DNA of 64,000 bases, taken from the NCBI RefSeq assembly GCF_006345805.1, contig NC_043002.1:107508001-107572000 (forward strand), written 5' to 3'. Of this stretch, positions 50,514 to 64,000 are shown one piece after another. Source of the DNA: Octopus sinensis. Lineage: Eukaryota. The position numbers were made by a program, and so were the translations under genes. Below the pieces are notes generated by a model. That model saw only the letters and a program-made list of their open reading frames with translations. It was not told the DNA's origin and ran no database searches. Position 1 is the stretch's first letter, and each line of letters begins with the position of its first letter.

Positions 50514-52024
50514 TCTTTATGTTGTTTACCTTATTTTGCATTTGTGTCTTTCGTTGTTCGAAAGAATAGTTCATGTTCCATGTACTCGTGCTTCGTATTC
50601 TTTCGTTATACACGTTTCGCGACGTCCTGTGCCTACATATATAAATATATACAAAATGGGACAAGAACACAAAACATCCGGACAGCTAGGTGATACAAAA
50701 GGGGGCAACAAACATCCAGATAGATGATACAAAGAAAACAAGGACGGGTCATTCGAAGTTTTCTTTCTTCAGTCAAGCACCAGATTATCCTCGCAATTTC
50801 GGCTGATTATTCTTGAGATTGCTCTAATCTGGCCAGCTCCAAGAAAAAACTAAGCTAAGAGCATTAGATTCCTTGGAAGAAAGCAGCGAATGTACACAAA
50901 AACAAGGACGGAAAATAAACGGACAATGTTACACAAATATAAATACAATAAATATATATATAATAAAAACTTACTTGGAGAAATAAGAAAGTGACGCGAG
51001 GCGATCAATCATATAATAACAATTTAATAAATAAAACATATGCATACATACATACATATATGTACATACCTACATCTATATGTATATATACATGCATATA
51101 TATATATGAGTACAGGACACCACAAATAAACGTAGAACACAACGAGAAACGAAAACATAAAAACAAACAAGGAAACGGACTTTTTTTAACAACGAAAAAA
51201 CAGAGTACAAGACAAACAATACAAGGAATATTCCCCTTCATCAGCTGCCCCTGTTTCGACTCAATGTGTGTTTCGAAGGTAAGGGCAGAACACGATCCGG
51301 CCGAAGCAATCCTTCCTGAAAAATGAATTAAATAAAATTCTTTTGCAGAGGGGTAAAACAAGTGACAAGAACAGGACGTAAAAGCAATACAAATGAAGAA
51401 AAAAACAGCCCACATAAAGAATAAAAACAGGACAAGGAAACCAACAATAAGGGCTTTTTTTAGGCCTAGACGGTGGAAAAATTCGTTGGAACGCTTTCTT
51501 GAAGATCGACTTGCGGAAGACAGAAGAAAGTCGATATATATATATTATACATTAATAAATAAAATAAAACATATGCATATATATAAACATATATGTACGT
51601 ACCTACCTCTACATGTACATATACACGCATATATGAGTACAGGACACCAAAAGGACGTCGAACACAATGAGACACGAAAACATAGACACAACCAAAGGAA
51701 CTGGACATTTATTTAAAAACAGCAAAAAAATAGAGTGCAGGACAATTAATGCAAAGAAAAACCCCTTCTTCAGTCGCTAAGGTTTCATCATCTACTCTAC
51801 GTTTCGAAGGATAAAAGCGAGACGTATCGTCGACAAGAAAACTTCCTTCCTTCCTGCGAAAAGCAAATCAATTAAAATTCTGAGATCTTTTCACAGAGGG
51901 GTAAAAAATGGTAACAACAGGACAGTAACGACAGTACAAATTGTAAACAGTAAAATACAGGACAAGGAAAAACAAGATAAGAAGGGCTGTTGACGCCGAA
52001 CGAAAAAAAGTATTGCAAACGCAG

Positions 52025-52035
<11 letters not shown>
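50514..52035. repeat. Cluster of A-rich dispersed repeats including two diverged tandem ~530-bp units (about 51005-51535 and 51540-52035); class uncertain
   Basis: The units share ATGAGTACAGGACACCA...GAACACAA. 50780-50945 is the reverse complement of a segment near 23585-23745. Confidence 0.6.
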
Positions 52036-52063
<28 letters not shown>

Positions 52064-52215
52064 GTGTGTATTTCCCTCCTGGATGGGACGTCTGACCGTC
52101 GTAGGGGGTGCTCTTTTTTGCCAGCTGAGTGGACTGGGTCAACGTGCGCCCGATCTAGGAATCGAAATCATATACTTACAAACATACATTTGCACACGCA
52201 CCCACGCACACACAT

Positions 52216-52261
<46 letters not shown>

Positions 52262-52977
52262 GCACATACACCACACATATGAGATCAGCCATGTTTTCCG
52301 AGCGGTTTGTTTTATCATAATCATCCACTGTGACGTCTTCGCCTTCACTTTTTAAGAGAGGAGGGTGTGATTTGACTGCGACCTGACTATTATTTCCATA
52401 ACATCGAATGGCCGCATAGACGGTGTGTTTTCGTTTAGTTTAGAGAATGGCTTTGACCATTAAAAATACAAGCAAAATTAAACAATTTTTTCCCCCCCAA
52501 TTTTCTCCAATTTTCTCCACCACCTCCCAATCTTCCTCTTTCTTCAGGACACAGCATCAGACCAACCAAAATCTAGAAATCTTAATTATACGCTCCGCTG
52601 CTTGCTAAAACATTTAAGCAAGGCAGAGAAATATAGCGTACACCTGCTGTATCTGATACAACGTACAACCAGCGCGTTTGGAGAGCGAGTTTGGTAACTT
52701 TATCATGGGCCGTGTCAAGAACTACAACCAGGTGTGAAGCAACCACAAACCTTTTGCCAGACTAAACGGCGTGGGGTTACACACCAAAGAATTCTACTTA
52801 ATATGTATTTTAATAAATTGTTGTAGTTCTTTGATAATCTACACCTAGTATTCTTTCTTTATCCAAAGAAAATACGCGTACCTACATAAATTCGTAGAAT
52901 CATATGGAGCTTCGCGTCTCTGTTAGGAAATAGTTCGTTCCTCAGAGGAAGAATTTCAATAATTAAAAACGAAGGAG

Positions 52978-53009
<32 letters not shown>

Positions 53010-53076
53010 TATATATACATATATACATATATATATATATATACACCACACACACACATACACAGAGGCATCCATT

Positions 53077-53117
<41 letters not shown>

Positions 53118-53510
53118 CATACATGCATACACACACACACATAGTGTATGTATATATGTAGTTATGTATGTATGTATGTATGTGTATATGTATGCACGTA
53201 CGTAAGTACACACGCGTAATATAAACCCAAATTTTCTTGGCTCAAAGAGAATATACATACATACTGACATTAAATACACACACCTGAGCGAAGTCCACCT
53301 TTTCTTCACACACACACACACACACACCGAGCGCGCGCGCATCTAAAACGGTAAAATTCTTCAGCTATAAATACTTCCAACTTACTCAGAATGGTGTATC
53401 TACCCTGACTGCATTGGATTCGTTCTTCGGAAAATAAATAAATTGAATACATAAGAATCTCTTCTTCCTTTCTCTTTTTCTCACCCCCCCTCTCTCTCTC
53501 TCTCTCTTCA

Positions 53511-53514
<4 letters not shown>

Positions 53515-53552
<38 letters not shown>

Positions 53553-53557
53553 ATATA

Positions 53558-53588
<31 letters not shown>

Positions 53589-53608
53589 TTACCTATCTGC
53601 ATCTATCC

Positions 53609-53650
<42 letters not shown>

Positions 53651-53685
53651 TTACCTATCTGCATCTATCCATCTATCTATCTATC

Positions 53686-53732
<47 letters not shown>

Positions 53733-53816
53733 TTACCTATCTGCCTCTATCCATCTATCTATCTATCTATTTATCAATCTGTCTGTCAGTTTATCTGCCT
53801 GTCTATTTTACCTATC

Positions 53817-53890
<74 letters not shown>

Positions 53891-53891
53891 T

Positions 53892-53947
<56 letters not shown>

Positions 53948-54011
53948 CCTCTCTCTCTCTCTCTCTCTCTCTATCTCTATCTCTCTATCTATCTATCTAT
54001 CTATCTCTCTC

Positions 54012-54093
<82 letters not shown>

Positions 54094-54095
54094 CT
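53515..54095. repeat. Complex (CTAT)n/(CT)n/(TA)n microsatellite
   Basis: Read directly. Confidence 0.95.
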
Positions 54096-54714
54096 ACCCT
54101 GTCCTGCTTTATTAAGCGGCAAGATTGAATGAAGTACACAAGGAATAACAAAGATAGGTTTCGAAGGAGCAGGCAACAACAACAATAACAGCAACAGACG
54201 AACGAATTACAAATACATAAAAGAATACAAAACGAGGAATCAACAAACCAAAAAAAACAAAAAAAACAAAAACAACAACAACAACAAGAACAACAACAAG
54301 AACTGTGTATTCTTGCTAATGTGTCAAGGTTATTTATATGTAGGCAAAAAGAGTAGACTGTCAAACTCACCGACCTTCCTCCAGCAGAAATAGTCTTCAC
54401 ACACACATGATACACACATAACACACACACACACACACATACATGATACACACACATAACACACACACGTGCCCACCCACGCGCAACGCTGCGAGTATTA
54501 GTCTAGGCAAAAGATATCAGACTCTGACAAACTAACTCACCTCACCTTCCGCCTACATAAATAGTCCGCATATACCAGACACTCGCAGATAACACAAACA
54601 GATACATATATCTATAAATAAATAAATTCAAATACACGTTCGTGTGTATATATACGCATACGGACACATGTACGCATGCGCGAGCAGCGAGCAGAGAGAG
54701 AGAGAGAGATAAAG

Positions 54715-54810
<96 letters not shown>

Positions 54811-55194
54811 TTGTTGAAGAATCTTATTTTTCGCCACCAGAACTTACTTCCCAATAGGCCATAATAACTTTGCTTTGAGATGAAACGCGTTTTTGTATTT
54901 CGTTCTGTAAGCCACAGCCAGGAATGATGAAATAAGAAGATGAGGAGCTTGAAATATATAAAGCAGCAAGCAAGAAGATATATTGAGAAAAAAGAAAAAA
55001 GGAAAAAAAAAAATGGAGGGAAGAAATGCAGAATGAATAGGCAAAAGGATTTAGGGAGAAGGGGGCCCGTCGTGTCATATGATATTAAGCAAAAACCGGC
55101 GGACAGGAGGGAAGAAAAATATATATAAAGACGAAGATGTGCAGAAAAAACGTAAGGCAGGATGTTTGTCTTGGTCTCTCTCTCTCTATAGGAT

Positions 55195-55337
55195 GTTCTA
55201 CACTATCACCATCACCGACACCCACCGCCGTCACCATCACCACCGCAGCCGCAACCGCAGCCACCACGACCACCACCACCACCACCATCACCAGTAGTAG
55301 TAGTAGTAGTAGTAGTAGTAGCAGCAGAAGCAGCATC

Positions 55338-55369
<32 letters not shown>

Positions 55370-55390
55370 CAGCAACAGCAGAAGCAGCAA

Positions 55391-55426
<36 letters not shown>

Positions 55427-55437
55427 TAGTAGTAGTA
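55195..55437. repeat. (CAC)n/(AGT)n/(AGC)n trinucleotide tract
   Basis: Read directly. Confidence 0.9.
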
Positions 55438-55779
55438 CCAGTCAGGTAGATTTTCGCGTATTCTCGCCTCGCCGCCTGTTATAAATAACAGCCAAAATTT
55501 CCATCGAAATCACATTCCAGCCGTCTCAGGGAAGAAGCAACGTATTGAATGATGTATTCTTCGATTGGATTGGGGAGTGGGATGGTCGCAGCTGAACAGA
55601 GGCACAGAATGAATGCAAAATTTCCATTACCGTCTACCATGCCAGTTAATTAAAGTAGCGAGTGGGGTGCCAAAAGCGTTTTCTTCCCCAAACATTAAGG
55701 AACTGGTCTGTTCGATCAGGGATCACTTATGACTAAGGAACAACAACAGCAGCAGCAGCATTGGTCGTCTTGTTGTAGT

Positions 55780-56585
55780 CGAGGGATCTTCGTTGACGCC
55801 CGACACCACTGGGAGGTGGCCCTCGAAGTCGCTGGAAATGTAGATCTCCAGGTCCAAATTCTTGAACGGCCGGTCATAGTCACCACCGGCCATTCAAGTG
55901 ATCCCCAGATTCACCGATCTTTTGCAATCCCTACCGGCAAATGGTGCTCCTCCCTCCAATCCGAGCTAAAAGCGATCAAAAAGGCCCTTCAAGAAGTCCT
56001 GACAGAAGAAGGTGTCTCGAGAGTGCGAGACAGCTCACCCATCACTACCCCGCAAGACCGAAGACGAATGTGAAATCCTCACCCTCCTTTCAAACCTCAG
56101 TGACAACGGGTGGCAGATAACCTTCACCTGGTGCCCTAGCCATTGCGGAATCCCCGGCAACGACTTGGCAGACGAGAAGGAGACCAATCAACAGCCCACC
56201 ACCACTACGACGCCACCGGGCACTTAAAACACCTCCCTTCAAACACGAAAGGGTCAAGAGGATCTACGGCGACCATGGAGATAAAGTGAGCAGAGCCGCT
56301 GATTCGTCTCTAACCAGGCAGCAGCAGCAGGTAACACTCAGTAGACTTAGAAGTGGTCATCACTCGGACCTCAAGTACTGGCTCTACAAGATCGACCGAA
56401 CCATAGACAGAACCTGCAGAAAGTGCGGAGTGGGAGAGGAGACGGCGGAGCATGTCATCTACGACTGCCCACGGATCCATCGCCCGCCGCAAATGCCAAC
56501 CACCCCAGACACTCTGGCCAGTGATCCTCTCCTTGTCCTTCGGATCTGGGAAAAGTGGACTTCCGCTCTCGACCTGCCATCTTGT
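55780..56585 (+). mobile_element. Degenerate 3' part of an I-group non-LTR retrotransposon (RNase H plus CCHC zinc knuckle)
   Basis: SSLQSELKAI (RNase H Glu helix), WCPSHCGIPGNDLAD (RNase H C-terminal motif), and LSRLRSGH...CRKCGVGEETAEHVIYDCP, split over frames. Confidence 0.82.
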
Positions 56586-56691
56586 TTCGAGACGCATAAA
56601 TTTAATGGTTATCGACAATTTTTTGTTTTCGGCGGTTCTGGCATTAGAATTTTTCTTCTGCCCTTATCTTGTAAATTATAATATATATATA

Positions 56692-56724
<33 letters not shown>

Positions 56725-56734
56725 CATGTGTGTA

Positions 56735-56785
<51 letters not shown>

Positions 56786-56861
56786 TTTTCCATTTCCTGA
56801 GCGCCTATTAATATAATACTGTATGTCCATGTTTTGTTTTTTTTGTTTCCTTTATTAAAAT

Positions 56862-56905
<44 letters not shown>

Positions 56906-56906
<1 letters not shown>

Positions 56907-57020
56907 ACAATTGCAGCGTGGAAGGTGTTGTAAGCCATTAAGAAACACACAAAAAGCCGTTCGAACGGCTTTTGTGTGTTTCTTAAATGGCTTACAAACA
57001 CCTTCCACGCTGCAATTGTT
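56906..57020. repeat. Spacer-less palindrome with ~57-bp arms
   Basis: Centre gccgttc|gaacggc at 56962/56963. Arms differ only in homopolymer lengths. Confidence 0.92.
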
Positions 57021-57086
57021 TTCGTTTCAGCACACACGATCTCAGATCAAATCACTGCTATGCAAGCACATCTCCCTATTTATATA

Positions 57087-57128
<42 letters not shown>

Positions 57129-57159
57129 CATATATATATACTAATATATATATATTATA

Positions 57160-57272
<113 letters not shown>

Positions 57273-57566
57273 TATTATATATATGAAATTTTGAATTTAG
57301 TTCACAGACTTCTAGTGCTACCTTTGTGGACCACAGGTTGGGAACCACTGTTCTATTTAGTACCTCGTCCTTGTAGAAACAGCAAAACAAAGGAAAAGGA
57401 CACAGTGGTAAAGGGTCAGGTATATCGGTAATGATGCTGACCCCCTGACTTGTCGTGCATAGCAATGGTGGGATATGGGCTGTGGTCGTTGATGATCAGT
57501 TTGGAGACACACATCCAGCTTCTGGCAACCCCTGAAAACCATAAGTCTAATCCGGTGTATATAGAG

Positions 57567-58038
57567 CAGGGGTTGGCAAACTGGGGTAAATTACCGCAAG
57601 TGGGGTTAAAAAAGAAATTCTTGGGGGTAATGAGGGACTCATTAGACATCAGTAAAATTATATGGAAAACGTGTTCCTTGTTACGACAGAGATTTTTCTT
57701 CTGGCAACACTGCATCTGTCCAATGTACTGGACGTATTTAGGAGAAGTTACACCATTTTGAACTACAAAGAATTTGGTTTCTAAGTCATTGTCAATATTA
57801 TTTCTCCAAAACCTGAAGTGAAAAAGTTTCTAGAAAAATCGTTTTGTTTCATAATGAAGATATCAACATTTCTTTTATACTTTTTATGTTTATGATTGTA
57901 TTCTCCATATAAATAGATTCAATAAAACTTTTGAATTTAAAGAATCTAGGATTTTCTTACTTTCAACTCAAGGAGGTAACGTCGGTGGAAATAAAAATAT
58001 TTTGGGATAATTGGATAAAAAAACCACCCCAACCCCTG
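57567..58038. mobile_element. Non-autonomous hAT element, 472 bp
   Basis: Terminal inverted repeats CAGGGGTTGG / CCAACCCCTG and a perfect 8-bp TSD atatagag at 57559-57566 and 58039-58046. Confidence 0.88.
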
Positions 58039-58099
58039 ATATAGAGTGTCGAATAAAGGTCAATGAAACTGGCAGAGCAGAAGACCAAGTAGCCACAGA

Positions 58100-58335
58100 C
58101 GATTAAGAAAAGAAAAAAGTTGACCGTTGATAAACAGAGCAACGAGGAGGAGACAAAAGCTGCGGCTGGTCACATCTAGAATAGGGAAGAAGGAACGCTC
58201 TGGTTTCCAGTGTCATAGATGCCAGAGGTTGGTGAGGTATTGGCCAAAGGACAGATTGGATAATGAAGTCGTGGAAACAGTCTTCAAAAGAGGGCAGGGA
58301 TCTCAACCAGTGCATCGGTCTGGGGTTTAGACAGC
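58100..58335 (+). mobile_element. Possible highly degenerate RTE-type LINE C-terminal fragment
   Basis: AGHI*NREEG..W and RLVRYWPKDRLD resemble the WAGH..R.E.GRW / RPR.RW.D end of RTE ORFs. Weak. Confidence 0.35.
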
Positions 58336-58550
58336 CAAGGAGAAACTCTCTCTCTTTCTTTCTTTCTCCCTACTTCGTATCTCTCTTGTTCAGAATATTT
58401 ACAGTTCTTAGAATTTTCAGATAATCCCTTTGTCCGTGACCTGAAAGTAGGATTCGTTTCGCTCTGAGGAAATTTCTTCTCGTCAACACTAATCCGGGGC
58501 ACACAATTCCTAATATCTCCGTCTCTATTTCTCTCTCTCTTCTTTCTTCT

Positions 58551-58603
<53 letters not shown>

Positions 58604-58934
58604 ACACACACACACACACACACACAAAATTGGGAAGGACGCGTCATAATTTGAAGAACTTTGATCTTAGCCTCAGTCAAAGGCGACTGATAGAGAGAGA
58701 TCGATGACCAAATACCATTACTCTAACCCTGCTCTCTCAAGCAAGAAAAAAATATTTTTAAAAATTCTCTTTATTTTTATTAATAAATCAAAGTCGATGT
58801 TTACTTTTTGTATGTTCAAATTACATCAAAAGACTTCTAACAACAACGGCAACAACAACAACAACAACAACAATAATAATAACAATAATAATTATAATAA
58901 GGATTTCAAATTTTTGCCACAAGGACAGCTTGGA

Positions 58935-59105
58935 GGACATGGGGATAAGTCGATTACATCGACCCCAGTGTTCAATTGGTACTTATTTTATCGACCCCGA
59001 AAGGATGAAAGGCAAAGCCTACCTCGGCGCAATTCGAATTCAGAACGTAGCAACGGGTGATATACTGCTAAGCGTTGCGTCCAGGGTACTAACGATTCTT
59101 CTAGC
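58935..59105 (-). mobile_element. Diverged tRNA-SINE (GACTTTGCC core)
   Basis: ATCGACCCCGAAAGGATGAAAGGCAAAG motif. Confidence 0.75.
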
Positions 59106-59107
59106 TC

Positions 59108-59187
<80 letters not shown>

Positions 59188-59190
59188 TAA

Positions 59191-59227
<37 letters not shown>

Positions 59228-59230
<3 letters not shown>

Positions 59231-59766
59231 GCCCTGATGCAGTACCAGGCAGTGGCTCTCATGGCTTCTGATCTTAACTGATTGGAAGTGTTATCATGTA
59301 CATTGTTTTGTCTTGGTATAAAAGATGGGCTACAGCAAATATTCTGCTCAATACCACACATTGCTTGTCAGTTGTTTGACTTTAACCAGTTGAGCATGTC
59401 CCTTAGTGGCTGACGATATGTGCATCTCTGATCACGAGCAGAAGTAGTGGGGGAGCATCATAGCCATGTGTTGAGAGGGATTCTTTGGGGTTTGAATAGT
59501 TCACCTCTGGAAACATCCTTAAACAACCCTTATTCAGGGACCGTTTGAGCGGGATGGGCTACTCAACCTGAAGAAAATTCTAACTGGGCCCCACCTGCAA
59601 GGTCATGTGCAGTTTATCTTGATATGAGATCACCATGTCGCGCACATATGGTTGTGATGCATGTGCCTGGTGTACCTTTATCAGACGGGTAGTCATGATG
59701 GGTATATTGGGCTTCGTATATTTTACCCCAGTGTCACTTTGATGGCATGAACTGCTCTCTCACTCA
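59228..59766 (+). mobile_element. Element X, complete ~540-bp copy with (AAT)n on both sides
   Basis: Same 5' start as 49803. Ends CTCTCTCACTCA followed by (ATA)n. No long ORF. Confidence 0.88.
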
Positions 59767-59782
59767 ATAATAATAATAATAA

Positions 59783-60191
59783 TATAGTTGTCAGAGATCA
59801 TGAAGAAAAAAAATGCTTTCTAATTGATGTATCAATACCGGCAGATGATAACGTGTCTCTAAAAGAAATGGAGAAACTCTCAAAATACAAAGACCTGGAA
59901 ATAGAGGTAACTAGAATGTGGAACCTGAAAACAGAAACAATTCCTATCATAGTAGGTGCATTAGGCATGATAAAAAAATATTCAGACAAATACATAACAA
60001 AAACACCAGGAATTACAAACACATATAACATACAGAAAATTGCACTACTAGGCACTGCACACATCCTACGCAGAACACTTTCCATACAATAACCATCAGA
60101 GCATCACAACAAATCACAGCACATACCCAAGGCACACAGAGCTGCGCTCGGTAGTGAAGTGAAAGCACGCTATAAAAATAAAACTACTGAA
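59783..60191 (+). mobile_element. 5'-truncated R4/Dong-like non-LTR retrotransposon (restriction-like endonuclease C-terminus plus 3' UTR)
   Basis: IVVRDHEEKKCFLIDVSIPADDNVSLKEMEKLSKYKDLEIEVTRMW...IPIIVGALG is the PD-(D/E)xK endonuclease end of RLE LINEs. Flanked by (AAT)n, the known Dong target. Confidence 0.85.
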
Positions 60192-60192
60192 C

Positions 60193-60263
<71 letters not shown>

Positions 60264-60266
<3 letters not shown>

Positions 60267-60750
60267 ATTGTTTTGTCTTGGTATAAAAGATGGGCTACAG
60301 CAAATATTCTGCTCAATACCACAGATTTGCTTGTCAGTTGTTTGACCTTAACCAGTTGAGCATGTCCCTTAGTGGTTGACGATATGTGCATCTCTGATCA
60401 CGAGCAGAAGTAGTGGTGAAGAATCATAGCCATGTGTTGAGAGGGATTCTTTGAGGTTTGGATTATTCACCTCCGAAAACAAGGGTGTTTCGTTCAACAT
60501 CCTTAAGCAACCCTTATTCAGGGACCTTTTGAGCGGGATGGGTACTCAACCAGAAGAAAATTCTAACTGGGCCCCACCTGCAAGGTCATGTGCTGTTTAT
60601 CTTGATATGAGATCATTATACCGCGCACATATGGTTATGATCTATGTGCCTGGTGTACCCTTATCAGACGGGTAGCCATGATGGATATACTGGGCTTCGT
60701 ATATTTGTGCCCCAGTGTCACTTTGATGGCATGCACTGCTCTCTCACTCA
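60264..60750 (+). mobile_element. Element X, 5'-truncated copy between (AAT)n tracts
   Basis: Lacks the first ~90 nt; same 3' end as 59766. Confidence 0.88.
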
Positions 60751-60762
60751 CTAATAATAATA

Positions 60763-60817
<55 letters not shown>

Positions 60818-61277
60818 TTAATTTCTTTTTATTTACTTTTATTCACGTCCTTCCAACTTGTCGGAAATTGACAAATAGAAGTTCAAAGAATATAGTTGAT
60901 ATAATCAACGCCAGTATATTACTGCTACTTATCTTTATTTTAAGGAACTCTTCAGGGATAAAAAGCAGATTTTGGTCAGCGGTGGGATTTGAGATCAGAA
61001 CTGCATGGCAGCGAAGTTAGATGGCGTAACATAACAATAATGTAAAGTGTGTTGTTACACGAAGAATCAACACAATTTGTAGAAACGAAGAAGGAGGTAT
61101 GGAGTCTGACATTGGCGAAGTAAAAGGAAAAAGATGAAAAACCAAAAAAAAAGAAAGAAAAGAAAAGAAAAACGTTGGTTTTATTTGTGCTGAAGATTAC
61201 AGACAGATGTATAGCGATGTTTTACATATTGTTTTGATTCCCACGGAGAGGTCTGTTGCAGAAATGAATATTCCATC

Positions 61278-61279
<2 letters not shown>

Positions 61280-61376
<97 letters not shown>

Positions 61377-61493
61377 GAGAGAAGTTTATCACTGGGTTGG
61401 GGTGTAGGTTGTGGAAACGCTAGAGTTCTAACCTGGATATTTATATATATATGTATGTATGTATGTATATATATATGTGTGTGTGTGTTTATG

Positions 61494-61563
<70 letters not shown>

Positions 61564-62092
61564 GTGTGTGTGTGTGTGTGTATGCATTTATATATATATT
61601 GGGAGGGAGAGAGAGAGTGTGTGTGTGTGCGTGTGTTGCATTATATACTTACCGCGATAAAAGTACTGACAGGCGCGAATACATATATTTACAAATGTGT
61701 TTATACACACTCACATACACATACACACACACGCACCCATGCACACACATACACACTCACACCCATGCACACACACACGCACACATACACATACATGCAT
61801 TCATACATACATACATACATACATACATACATACATACATACATACATACATACACACATACATACATATATACATACACACACATAAATGCATACATAT
61901 ATACATACATACATGCATTCATACATACATACACACATACATACACACGCATACATACATACATACTTACATATACATACATACATACATACATACATAC
62001 ACACACACACATACATACATACATACATACATACACACACATACATACATACATACATACATACATACATACATACATACATACATACATAC
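61280..62092. repeat. (GA)n, (TA)n, (TG)n and (CATA)n microsatellite complex
   Basis: Read directly. Confidence 0.95.
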
Positions 62093-63416
62093 TCAAAAAT
62101 AGACATGCCGCACTTAATAGAAAATAATTATGAAGACATATTAATTGGTGTAACACAATCACTTTTTTTTTTTTTTGAAAAAAAGCATAACGATATTTAT
62201 GTTTAAGTAATCAGATTTTGGATATTCTACTGTTTCATAAGTAATATCCATTATGCTCACTTAGAGCTCAGAACGAGACTAAAACGGCTCTCATTTAACG
62301 GTTGGTTAATCAAATAGATATTATCAACGGTCATTCGCAAGTCGTTAAGATATTTCAGTCTTTCCATAACACTTCTGTTTCAAAAATGTTCCCCTACCAT
62401 GTAAATATATCGATCGTTTGGAAAAGACGCGCATAACTGAATCCATCGCTACCTCACCACGCGAATTCACTTAAAATATTCATGTATTTTACACCTACAA
62501 CACGTCTACAAAACTCTTCTCGGTTTCAGAAAATATATAATAAAATTTATATGTGGTACTTTTATATCTGTTTACATTAACTCTCAAATTCTTTTTCCGA
62601 CGAGATAAATCTGTAAATTTTTCTAACGTTTGTGATAGTGTAGCGTCTGAAGGTCTAGACACTATACAAGAGGAGATAATTTTCAAAACACGTAATCCAG
62701 GAATAAGGGAATGTATTGTCCAACAAATAAATACATAAACTCCATACAAAGAAGGGGTTTTTCTTGAACTTGCAGACACCATTCATCTGCCTTAGTTGCT
62801 GACTAGAGATTTCAACAACGATACTCTGAGTGACGAGGTATCAGTCGAATATGATATGATGACTGCCATAGTTTCATACAGCATTTGAAACTGTATGTAA
62901 AGTCTGACTGAGCTTTGCTAGAAATGCTGACGCCATGTTGATAATATCAATGTATAGTGCTTAGTGGCCTAACTCCAGTCAACTATAGTATGGTGGGGAA
63001 TGATGGTGGTCATGAAACGGTTGACTTTTGTACTTAGCGTACCACGGCCTTCAGTATGACTAATTTAAAACTGGAAACAGAAGAGATTTTGTTTTTTTAT
63101 TAGATAAAAACATTAATAAATCTATCGTTTTACATTCTAAGTTTCAACCGATTCGGTCACTAACGTTGCTTGTTGCCTGTGTCCCTAACATAATCCAGTC
63201 AATGAACATTAAATTGGATGAAGCTTTTCGTCATTAAACATCAAACGTTTTACAAATCGTTAGTTTTTTTTAATCGCTTTTCTGTTAGCAAATAAGTTTT
63301 CTGTTTATCTTTTGAAGGAAGAAAATGTTCAAAGATAAAATCAAAAGCAACAAACAGCGACACCTTCTGGTAAACAGAGTTGAGTAAAAGGGGAATAACT
63401 GAATGAGAAATGTTTA

Positions 63417-63617
63417 CAACGATCCCTCGACTATCGCGGGTGTTACGTTCCAAAATCCCCCGCGATAGGTGAAAATGTGCTAAGCATAAACAGTACTCTA
63501 TATTTTAAAAAATTATTTTTATAATTTGCATATATTCATTTTATTATAAATGCAAAACAACTCCATGAAGGAATCAACGTAAGCTTAAATAATAAACCGC
63601 GATAGGTGAACCGCGAA
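63417..63617. mobile_element. pogo/Tigger-like MITE fragment
   Basis: TA|CAACGATCCCTCGACTATCGCGGG... left end with repeated CCGCGATAGGTGAA subterminal motifs. The right end is replaced by the Dong-like fragment. Confidence 0.55.
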
Positions 63618-63899
63618 ATAGAAGAAGTAATCCGAATGTGGAGTCTAAAAACAGAAACAATTCTTATCATAGTAGGTGCATTAGGTATGATAAAATACAT
63701 TCAGACAAATACATAACAAAACCTCCAGGACTTACAATTATATATACCATACAGAAAATAGCACTACAAGGCACTGCACACATCCTACGTAAAACACTTT
63801 CAATACAGTGAAAGTAAGAGCACCACAACAAACCACAGCACATAGCCAAGGCACACAGAGCTGCGCTCGGTAGTGCAGTTAAAGCAGAGAATAAGACAA

Positions 63900-63903
<4 letters not shown>
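63618..63903 (+). mobile_element. Second R4/Dong-like 3' fragment with (AAT)n tail
   Basis: EEVIRMWSLKTETILIIVGALG... and a 3' UTR colinear with 59900-60191. Confidence 0.85.
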
Positions 63904-63972
<69 letters not shown>

Positions 63973-64000
63973 TAATAATTACGGAGATGTACTCGCATAG

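Noticed and set aside
51225-51275. Additional hammerheads at CTGATGA/CTGAAGA on the - strand (51237, 51768, 50768, 5612) and CTGACGA in element X
   Set aside because: No GAAA follows a plausible stem II in the right order, or no UH cleavage site and stem I can be formed.
62495-62782. Non-repetitive ORFs of 95 aa (-) and 61 aa (+)
   Set aside because: No recognisable domain and no supporting splice pattern.

Overview
This is AT-rich, microsatellite-dense animal genomic DNA. An octopus (coleoid cephalopod) origin is inferred from my recollection of its repeat families, not from a database search. The only host gene is the 3' part of a Notch-ligand Delta gene on the + strand: seven GT-AG coding exons at 11261-11521, 14027-14087, 16713-16843, 18245-18414, 18852-19068, 19618-20410 and 31388-31523. 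They splice in frame to give the end of the C2/MNNL region, a DSL domain, 9 EGF repeats, a transmembrane helix and a cytoplasmic tail with a QNxxN motif and C-terminal ATEV. A 3' UTR of about 2.8 kb follows. The 5' exons were not found and probably lie upstream of the window. The rest is transposons and simple repeats: several tRNA-derived SINE families, piggyBac-like and hAT MITEs, a dead mariner, and Tx1/L1-, R4/Dong- and I-group LINE fragments. The most notable observations are (1) a repeat family joining a tRNA-type Pol III head to a minimal hammerhead ribozyme, inserted as inverted dimers in the Delta introns, (2) a second minimal-hammerhead family, (3) a SINE whose 3' tail matches a (TATC)n-associated Tx1-like LINE and which forms a 184-bp head-to-tail array, (4) an unclassified element of about 540 bp confined to (AAT)n tracts alongside Dong-like LINE ends, and (5) a CpG-depleted domain over the Delta exons. 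All alignments and counts were made by eye.
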